DNA from: an uncultured bacterium
GTDB taxonomy: Bacteria > Electryoneota > Electryoneia > Electryoneales > Electryoneaceae
Assembly: GCA_913009835.1 (NCBI GenBank)
Contig: CAJVXH010000001.1
Coordinates: 1,992 to 65,991 of the forward strand
Direction of reading: 5' to 3'
DNA length: 64,000 nt
This document shows, piece after piece, positions 57,113 through 64,000 of this stretch (within the stretch, counting starts at the first letter, position 1; every line of letters starts with the position of its first letter). A program made the translations under genes and the position numbers. Under the pieces are notes generated by a model that worked only from the letters and a program-made list of their open reading frames with translations, had not been told where the DNA came from and searched no databases.

Positions 57113-58909
57113 TTACTTGGTAAGAGTAACCTTACGAGAAATCACATTCTTCCCGTTGTATTCTGCCAGTATGAAATAGGATCCGGAAGCCAGATCGGAT
57201 GCGTCGAACGGAAACTCGTGCATCTCGTTCTTCATATACCAGCTATTGGTCAACGTATCAACCTGCTGACCGAGCGCATTGAAAACGCTGATCTTCAGGT
57301 GCCCGGGATCAGTGATAAACACTCGTACGACTGTCCAGGGATTGAACGGATTTGGGTACACTACATCGAGCGTCAATCCGTCAACAATTGAGGCATGATT
57401 GGAAAACTCAATCGGTTCTGGATCAGGTTCTGGTTCTGGCGAGGGGATGGCGTCAAGCGCTGCCTTTGCCTGTACTAATCCCGCCCCGAAATCATTGTCC
57501 TTGCCTTGTTCACCTAAATCCAGTGCCGTTGTCTGCAAAATGGAATCGACCTCAACCGGCAGCAGGTTAAAATCTTTGGACAGCATCAAGGCGACCACTC
57601 CCGCGACGTGCGGCTGTGCCATGGAGGTGCCGTTGAATGAAGCGTACGTTGAATTCGCATTATATGGGAGGCTGGTGCCATTAGTACTAGGAGCGCAAAT
57701 GTCCGGTTTGATCAGCCCTGATCTTCCATCGCTTAGCGGATAATCATCCCACGGCAGGACACCCTCCCAGGTAACCGGGCCGGGACTGGAGACATCCGAG
57801 TTATTGTTCTCCTCGTCGATACCTCCGACCGTTATCTGCCCCCCGCGCGTGCCTGATTCAATTTCATCCGGGTTACGCCAGGGTGAAGGCACTCCACCTG
57901 GCACCGAAATCGCGTTCGGTGGGTTACGTTCCATGCGTCTGTTGCCCGCACTTTTCACACAGACAATCCCAGCTACCTCCAGCACTTCGTATGCTTCACG
58001 CCAGATGGGGCGATCTTCCGGTCCCGGGTGTCCCCAGCCCAGCGACATGCTGATGATGTCCACGCCGTGTTCGAGGGCAAAATCCTGGGCCAGCCAGGTA
58101 TCGGTAACCACTCCAGTAAACAGATCCTGACGAACTCTTAGTCCCATGATAGTGGCATCTGGCGCTACGCCAGTATTGATACCGGAAGTACCGTCTCCAG
58201 CCACCAGTCCGGCAACACCTGCGCCATGGCCTGATTCATCGATGGGATCATCATCCAACCCGGCAAAGTCATATCCGTGATTGGGATATTGATCGCCGCC
58301 ATCCCAGAGGTGATCGGAAATATCAGTGTGATAATAGTTAATGCCGGTGTCGATGATTGCCACCAGCACACCCGCCCCCGTATATCCTTCTTCCCAACAT
58401 TGTGGCGCCTGAATGTGTTCGATATGCCAGGGGATGGACTCGCCATCAGCAACTGTGACGGGAATTGGCCCTGCATTCGTCTCAATTGTGCGGGGAATTA
58501 TGTGAATCAGCTCGCTGATGTCGGGATGATTAAAAATGTCTTCATAGACTCGGGGGCTGCCATGCAGCACTATCCCGTTGACCAGACGTAAGTATTGAAT
58601 TCGTTCCAGTTCGCCGGTGTTTACCCACCGTTCAAGGTTTTGCCGAATGCCTTGCTGACTACGTCTGGCGAGTTCATCCAGCTCACGCCACACAACTCCT
58701 GATCGTTCATCGCGTGACAGGTTTGCCACTAGCTGGCGCAGATAATCTATATCAGGTCGCTCCCGCATCAGGACAAGGGCAGTGAGGCTGGTGTCGTCAG
58801 GAAGTACGCTAAGCTGGGCGATAGAGAGCTGTTCCGCTTGAGCAGGATCGAGCGAAACCACCATTGTGGCGAGAATAATCAGGATCAGAAGTTTACGGTG
58901 CAGTGTCAT
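57113..58909 (-). CDS. Secreted S8 subtilisin-like peptidase with T9SS C-terminal sorting domain
   Basis: 598 aa with a signal peptide, Asp-region VAIIDTGI, His-region GHGAGVAGLVAG, Ser-region GTSMAQPHVAGVVALM, and a C-terminal T9SS CTD (VVYPNPFNPWTVVRV...). Confidence 0.85.
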   Translation of the reverse strand: MTLHRKLLILIILATMVVSLDPAQAEQLSIAQLSVLPDDTSLTALVLMRERPDIDYLRQLVANLSRDERSGVVWRELDELARRSQQGIRQNLERWVNTGELERIQYLRLVNGIVLHGSPRVYEDIFNHPDISELIHIIPRTIETNAGPIPVTVADGESIPWHIEHIQAPQCWEEGYTGAGVLVAIIDTGINYYHTDISDHLWDGGDQYPNHGYDFAGLDDDPIDESGHGAGVAGLVAGDGTSGINTGVAPDATIMGLRVRQDLFTGVVTDTWLAQDFALEHGVDIISMSLGWGHPGPEDRPIWREAYEVLEVAGIVCVKSAGNRRMERNPPNAISVPGGVPSPWRNPDEIESGTRGGQITVGGIDEENNNSDVSSPGPVTWEGVLPWDDYPLSDGRSGLIKPDICAPSTNGTSLPYNANSTYASFNGTSMAQPHVAGVVALMLSKDFNLLPVEVDSILQTTALDLGEQGKDNDFGAGLVQAKAALDAIPSPEPEPDPEPIEFSNHASIVDGLTLDVVYPNPFNPWTVVRVFITDPGHLKISVFNALGQQVDTLTNSWYMKNEMHEFPFDASDLASGSYFILAEYNGKNVISRKVTLTK

Positions 58910-59841
58910 GGTTTGGCGCTGGCTTTCAAGAAATCTGGTCTGAATGGATAGTATGAGATGGCGGCCACACTTCCTTGCACCTCTTCGCTGACCGTATAGT
59001 AACCAGTCATTAAGGGATCAAGCGCCAAAGCTTCTCCTTGCGGTTCACGAACATAAGGTAAGGTATCCGGTAGTGACTCGAAAAGGCTGGCAATGGAAGT
59101 GCCCTCCGGACGATACCAGTGCAGAATCGACCAGCCACTCTTGATTACCAGGTGTCGCCCATCGGGACTAATGTCACCCGCCGAGATTCCGACCACGTTT
59201 ATCTTGGCTACTTCTTCCAGCGTCCGAATCGCATCTCCTGTATGAGGTGCTTTCGCTCGATAGACTTCGGTAGGCCATTTACGTTTGCTTAGGATGAAGA
59301 TGTCGCCTGTCTGTGGATCAACCATAAGAGTCTCACAGTCGCGTGGACCCTTCGGGTATACGAACCTCAAGCGATCAAAATCAGTTATTATGAGCGGCCT
59401 ATTGGTCGGAAAATCGCTGGAGTCTGGCTCAAGGAAACGATAGACCGCCACTTGTCCTGCTACTCCGGCATTGTCTCCAATATCACCGATGTAGATGTAC
59501 GACCGTCCTTCAATTGGACCCGGCCCGATTGCGATGTCTTCCCAATCACGTGCCCGTATGCCTCTAAGCCTCACGACGCCCAGCGAGTCACCGTTCGTAC
59601 TGACCGCGAACAAACGTGGCGGGTCACCACTATCATTATGAATCCAGAGCCATCCGGGATTTCGTCTACTGGCAACCATTCCTGACGCTTCATCGATCCG
59701 ATCGTCTTGGACGATTCCTCGTTGAGCAGGTAACCCGTCGGCTGCCTGCGCTCCCTTGATGACTTCACTCTGCAGCGTACAGGCCACAGCTATCATCAGT
59801 ATTATGGCCAATATGAGTAGTTTTATTTCCGCAGTAAACAT
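58906..59841 (-). CDS. Hypothetical lipoprotein, probable beta-propeller
   Basis: 311 aa with lipobox IAVAC and repeated D-x-SG / GD-GDN type motifs. Weak similarity to phytase/SdiA-regulated-like propellers. Confidence 0.35.
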   Translation of the reverse strand: MFTAEIKLLILAIILMIAVACTLQSEVIKGAQAADGLPAQRGIVQDDRIDEASGMVASRRNPGWLWIHNDSGDPPRLFAVSTNGDSLGVVRLRGIRARDWEDIAIGPGPIEGRSYIYIGDIGDNAGVAGQVAVYRFLEPDSSDFPTNRPLIITDFDRLRFVYPKGPRDCETLMVDPQTGDIFILSKRKWPTEVYRAKAPHTGDAIRTLEEVAKINVVGISAGDISPDGRHLVIKSGWSILHWYRPEGTSIASLFESLPDTLPYVREPQGEALALDPLMTGYYTVSEEVQGSVAAISYYPFRPDFLKASAKP

Positions 59842-59858
59842 GTCATTCCTTCCCTCTG

Positions 59859-60749
59859 TTATTGGTCCGTTTCCGGCGGACGGTTACGCATACGTTCCTT
59901 GCGCAGCTCAATAGCGATCTCTAATATGCGCGGATCATCCGGCAGATGAGATGAGATCGAACGGATCTCGGTTTTCACCCGTGTCCCCCGGAATCGAACG
60001 ATTCCCAGGTAACGGCTTTTGGCTCCCACCTGCACATATGCGGTCTGTCCCAGCATCTCATGTTCTGCGAACAAATCTGAATTCAGCCCTCCGATTACCA
60101 GGTCAATGCCCTCCCACCAACCCTTTTCTTCGCGAATCTGGTCGGTGGATGCCTGAACGAGGACGATTTTCCTGGCGCCGTCCGGAACGTTCTCGAAAGC
60201 CATATGCAGCGCATCTTCGACTTCGATCAGGGTGAAATTCTCATAGATCTCAGGCCCCAGAATTCGCAGACTCTCGCGTGTGGTGATTCCAGTGATCGCA
60301 AATATCTCATTCCCTCTCTCGATTACGCGCACAGTCTCACCGATTGACGATCCATCCCGATAACGCAAGTTCGCGCTGACAACAGGCAACCTGTCTTCGA
60401 TAGTTTTGACCCAACGTGGTCCGAATTTCAGCTCTTGGTATCCAAGAGTGACAGCGTCATACTGATGCAGATCATATGCCTGTAGCATGAATGGAATTGC
60501 CAGGGTGTCGAATATTTGTGGGCAGAAACCGCCAGCGTCAACCAGGACGATTGGTCCGAGTTCACGGAAACGCTGTATTTCGGGGAGACGCTTTTCGATT
60601 GAACCGTTTGGATCGGATGGACAGCGGCAGTTCTCAAGGCGTCCATCAGCGCGCGCGGTAAATATCAGCAGAGTGTCGTCAGCCGCCTGGGCTGTTACAC
60701 TCAGTGCGAGAATGAAGCAGCCCAGCAGCCAGAATATCGTGGAGCGCAT
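59859..60749 (-). CDS. Secreted metallophosphoesterase / 5'-nucleotidase-like protein with degenerate motifs
   Basis: 296 aa with a signal peptide. LLIFTARADGRLE and YDAVTLGYQELKFG resemble the calcineurin-like phosphoesterase motifs, but with substitutions. Confidence 0.4.
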   Translation of the reverse strand: MRSTIFWLLGCFILALSVTAQAADDTLLIFTARADGRLENCRCPSDPNGSIEKRLPEIQRFRELGPIVLVDAGGFCPQIFDTLAIPFMLQAYDLHQYDAVTLGYQELKFGPRWVKTIEDRLPVVSANLRYRDGSSIGETVRVIERGNEIFAITGITTRESLRILGPEIYENFTLIEVEDALHMAFENVPDGARKIVLVQASTDQIREEKGWWEGIDLVIGGLNSDLFAEHEMLGQTAYVQVGAKSRYLGIVRFRGTRVKTEIRSISSHLPDDPRILEIAIELRKERMRNRPPETDQ

Positions 60750-60806
60750 GCGTGCATCCTGTTAACGCAGATACTTCTTTCACCGGGAACCGCTCAACAC
60801 GTTCCC

Positions 60807-61385
60807 TCACTCCAACTCACGGGAATGATCTCTTTCCGCCGGGGGAGTGGAAGCTTTCTCCTCCCCGCCAATCGCTTGCATTCGGCGTGTTTGGCCCCAG
60901 AGACCACGTCTTTCTGCCCGAGCTTCTTTAACCACCATCTCGAAGTGTTCTGTCTGTTGGTGGTTCTGTGATCTATCCACGCCAGCCATCCCTTCACTCA
61001 GCAACCACTCGTTGAGCGAGATTTCGTCGCCGTTGAGATAGACGTAAGCGTGCAGATCCGCAGATGCAGTGTCTGGTTCAAACTTTACGAACTCGAGGGT
61101 AACCGATTGACCGTTGATTTTATCCTCGAGTTTTTGGACGAGTGCGGTGTCAACCTCGACTATTGACCATATCATCTCTCCATCAGCCGAATGCTCGCCT
61201 TGAACCGAATCCCAGCTGGCGGTGCCTTCTACACCGAGCAGGTGGATTATGCGTCCCCGCCCGAGTTCTATGGTGTTGACATCTATCACCTCATCCACGG
61301 AGTCATGGGTGCTTAGATAATTAACTCCCCAGACCAGGGTAACAGTCAGGAGCAGGAGGAGCGTGACAATGATTCCAGGTCTCAT
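60807..61385 (-). CDS. Thermonuclease (SNase-like) family protein
   Basis: 192 aa with a signal peptide, VIDVNTIELGRGRIIHLLGVEGTAS, and a C-terminal AERRGLWGQ typical of SNase homologues. Confidence 0.55.
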   Translation of the reverse strand: MRPGIIVTLLLLLTVTLVWGVNYLSTHDSVDEVIDVNTIELGRGRIIHLLGVEGTASWDSVQGEHSADGEMIWSIVEVDTALVQKLEDKINGQSVTLEFVKFEPDTASADLHAYVYLNGDEISLNEWLLSEGMAGVDRSQNHQQTEHFEMVVKEARAERRGLWGQTRRMQAIGGEEKASTPPAERDHSRELE

Positions 61386-61402
61386 TTCAAATGTCTCCCA
61401 GT

Positions 61403-62863
61403 TTATACGGATTCTGCTTCCGCTTCCGCTTCCGCCTCATGGATAATCGGGTTCAACCACTTGAGCAGGCTGACCAGTACCAAAGCTATTATCGTGCTGG
61501 ATGCAACGAGGATGAGGAAGAATGTACTGTGATCAATCTTGGTCCAGAGGATGCCCACGGTTCCAGACAGGTATCCCCCGATTCCGGCCGCCACAAACCA
61601 TCCACCCATCATCAATCCGAGTCTCCCTGGAGGAGCCAGCTTAGACACTAGCGACAGCCCCATCGGCGAGAGCATCAACTCCCCAGTTGTGATCGCCGCA
61701 TAGGCGACAACCAGCCACATGACATTTACATGGCCGGTGTTGCCTCCGGAAAATGCCGCGACCGCCAGAATGGCATAAGCGAATGCTGTGAACAGCATTC
61801 CCAGCACCATCTTCGCTGCGGTTGAGGGTTCCTTCCCCTTGCGCCGCATGGTTCCCCAGAAGGTGACAATCGGGAAGGTGAGGAGAAGGATGAACATCGG
61901 ATTAATCGCCTGGAAAGTTTCAGGCAATAATGTGCTGTTGGTAGCGTTCTGGGCCCAGAAGGTCAAGGTTAGACCCTGTTGTTCGAATGCCATCCAGAAG
62001 AAGATGACGATCACAAAGACCAGCAGTAAAGCCATTGTCCTCTGCTTGTTTTTGACCGGATCGCCAGCGTCAACCTTTGTCTTCTTTGCCAGCTCAGGAT
62101 CTTTCTTTCGTTTGCTGGCAGGGAGAATATCTCCGGCGGCGACATATTTCTGAAATGAGAGAAAAGTCGCCATCGAGATGATCATTCCGAATCCGGCTGC
62201 GGAAAACGCGAAGTGCCAGCCATAAATCGGATGCAGTCCACGCAAGTAAGCCGCAACCAGCGGGCTCAGGAACGCTCCGAGATTGATACCCATGTAGAAG
62301 ATGTTATAACCATCATCCTTCTTCTCCGGCACCTCACGGTAGAGGTTCCCGAGCATAGTCGAGATGTTTGGTTTGAACAGACCGTTCCCCAGAACCAGAC
62401 AAATCAATCCCGCGAAGAAGAACGGCAACGGGCTGAGCCCCTCGTAAAAATGCGCCAGCATGATCATTCCGAGCAGGAAGTGCCCGGCGGTCATAAACAA
62501 GCCGCCAATTATAATCGAGCGCTTGATCCCGAATATCCGGTCGGCGAGGTAACCACCCATGAGCGTTGTCAGGTAAACAATGCCAACATACAACCCATAG
62601 ATTTGTGCGGTCACCACCGCTGAAAACCCCAGTCCCCCGTATTCAGGCGGAGTGATCATGTACAGGGCAAAAATCGCCCGCATGCTGTAGAAGCTGAATC
62701 GTTCCCACATCTCCGTCATGAATAGTACAGGCATACCTTTCGGATGCTTACGCAGACCAACTGCCGGAACGGCCGTTTCGGTCATCTCTCCTCCTGCCAA
62801 CCTGGATGTAGCCCCTTGGGCTATCTCAATGTTTGGATTGGGCCAATATAGTGATCTACCCAT
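61403..62863 (-). CDS. POT/PTR2-family proton-dependent oligopeptide transporter
   Basis: 486 aa. PTR2 signature FMTEMWERFSFYSMRAIFALYM and 12-14 TM helices. Confidence 0.85.
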   Translation of the reverse strand: MGRSLYWPNPNIEIAQGATSRLAGGEMTETAVPAVGLRKHPKGMPVLFMTEMWERFSFYSMRAIFALYMITPPEYGGLGFSAVVTAQIYGLYVGIVYLTTLMGGYLADRIFGIKRSIIIGGLFMTAGHFLLGMIMLAHFYEGLSPLPFFFAGLICLVLGNGLFKPNISTMLGNLYREVPEKKDDGYNIFYMGINLGAFLSPLVAAYLRGLHPIYGWHFAFSAAGFGMIISMATFLSFQKYVAAGDILPASKRKKDPELAKKTKVDAGDPVKNKQRTMALLLVFVIVIFFWMAFEQQGLTLTFWAQNATNSTLLPETFQAINPMFILLLTFPIVTFWGTMRRKGKEPSTAAKMVLGMLFTAFAYAILAVAAFSGGNTGHVNVMWLVVAYAAITTGELMLSPMGLSLVSKLAPPGRLGLMMGGWFVAAGIGGYLSGTVGILWTKIDHSTFFLILVASSTIIALVLVSLLKWLNPIIHEAEAEAEAESV

Positions 62864-63195
62864 TCATATCAATAGGTGTTACGGGAAATGAAGGTCGTCG
62901 TCGAAGCCTGACCGGAGACTTAAACAATGAGTTCCAGCCAATCAATTGAATCAGTGAATACCGATTTACCCAGCGTTGGGGTGTAATTCCATTACACGTA
63001 ATTCATGCTTATTAATTACATCAGCTTACGGTCTCTCTTCGCCTCCCTGAATGAAGCTATACGTGTGTTTTGATTTGGAAGAACGCCAAACTCTGCTATC
63101 TTTCGATCTATTATTCAGGGCGGATTTTGAGCGTTTGCCTGTTGTCGTGATTCAACGGAACAGGTACTCGTATCTTCTAACGAGGGAGAGGACGT

Positions 63196-64000
63196 ATGAG
63201 ACGATGTTCACGGGGAGTGGTCGTTGCAGGCCTTGTCCTCCTACTGGCGCCAGCGTTGGTGTTTGCAGGGGGATTCAATCTAGCCGGTGTAGGGGCTAAA
63301 GGTCTCGCCATGTCAGGTGCTTATCGCGCTATTGCCGATGATTGGAGCGCGATGTACTGGAATCCTGCCGGATTAGCTGGCCAGGGCTCAGGCGTGTGGA
63401 TCGAAGCAAAGGTGTTGTATCCAATTACCACGGTGACACCGAACGCACCGAGTACAATACCAGGTTACGATGGCTACAACCTGTATCGCAATGGCGTGAA
63501 ACAAACCAGCCTTGCCAACGGTCATCCAACCGGTTCAGTCGCGTTCCAATACCAAGTCAATGAGAAGATGACAGTCGGAATAGCGGCTTTCACTCCCTCC
63601 GCTCTTGGTTCGGAATGGAAAGATTTGTTCATCGGTCCATATCCGGGCTATGGGGAGTCACCAGCCTATCCTGACAAGGACTGGAGCAGTGACATGTTTG
63701 TCCTCGACATCCACCCGACAATCGGCTATCAATTGGCTGATTGGATCAGTGTGGGTGCGGGTATTGGCATTAAGTACACCAGTATCAAGTTGCAATCGCC
63801 GGTGCTGGTCCCAGGAGTGGATCCCAGTACTGGAGATCGGTTACCACTTCCCGGATCACATTACTTTGTGGATGGAATTCTCACCGGTACGGGAATCGGA
63901 TTCGGTTTCAATCTTGGGGTGTTGGTCCATCCAACCGACTATTTCCACGTCGGCATCAGCTATATCGGACCGACCACTGTTCCGATCGAAGGCAAGGTTG
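63196..64000 (+). CDS. FadL/OmpP1/TodX-family outer-membrane transport protein (3' partial, runs off the window)
   Basis: RBS gagggagagg, then an ATG at 63196. Signal peptide followed by GGFNLAGVGAKGLAMSGAYRAIADDWSAMYWNPAGLA, the FadL N-terminal signature. No stop before the window end. Confidence 0.7.
   Translation, partial: MRRCSRGVVVAGLVLLLAPALVFAGGFNLAGVGAKGLAMSGAYRAIADDWSAMYWNPAGLAGQGSGVWIEAKVLYPITTVTPNAPSTIPGYDGYNLYRNGVKQTSLANGHPTGSVAFQYQVNEKMTVGIAAFTPSALGSEWKDLFIGPYPGYGESPAYPDKDWSSDMFVLDIHPTIGYQLADWISVGAGIGIKYTSIKLQSPVLVPGVDPSTGDRLPLPGSHYFVDGILTGTGIGFGFNLGVLVHPTDYFHVGISYIGPTTVPIEGKV

Overview
The window holds about 17 kb of chromosomal backbone (mazG, a T9SS-sorted S8 subtilase, a Spy/CpxP-like periplasmic protein, an exonuclease-DinG helicase, gcvPB, secDF, purA), then a tRNA-Lys(TTT) gene at 17359-17431. 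Directly after the tRNA lies an integrase, and the 3' 47 bp of the tRNA are duplicated at 54763-54809. Those two observations define a roughly 37.4 kb integrative genomic island spanning 17359-54809. Its contents, in order:
- a mobility module of a tyrosine integrase, an AlpA/excisionase-like HTH protein, and a P4-like primase (Zn-finger, Toprim, DUF3987-like) whose Toprim domain is split across two overlapping ORFs;
- a 1980-aa STAND-type P-loop NTPase with an N-terminal Cap4/DUF4297-like PD-(D/E)xK nuclease domain, resembling an Avs antiviral protein;
- an XRE-family regulator;
- a tight six-gene minus-strand operon: an SNF2-like helicase with C-terminal DUF3883, a DUF1156 N6-adenine methyltransferase, two small unknown proteins, a DUF499 ATPase with an N-terminal Swt1-like HEPN motif, and a 1406-aa sacsin/MORC-like GHKL ATPase. 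This resembles the poorly characterised helicase-methylase-ATPase (Hma-like) defence system, extended here with extra components;
- a DUF559/Vsr-like nuclease;
- a sugar-modification cluster (DegT aminotransferase, Gfo/Idh/MocA oxidoreductase, nucleotidyltransferase, NUDIX, GT2, pyruvyl-transferase-like, FemAB-like).
Downstream of the island are an IS3-family orfA remnant, a response regulator with a degenerate HD-GYP-like domain, a second T9SS-sorted S8 peptidase, a thermonuclease-like protein, a POT peptide transporter and a partial FadL-family porin.
The window also carries a dispersed repeat family: a 6.5-copy tandem array of a 79-bp unit; two roughly 280-bp elements with terminal inverted repeats, in mutually inverted orientation, flanking a 14 kb segment; and isolated copies of the repeat module at the purA/tRNA junction and just outside the island's right border.
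The T9SS C-terminal sorting domains suggest an FCB-group (Bacteroidota-like) host; this is inference only. All calls are made by eye from motifs, with no database search.
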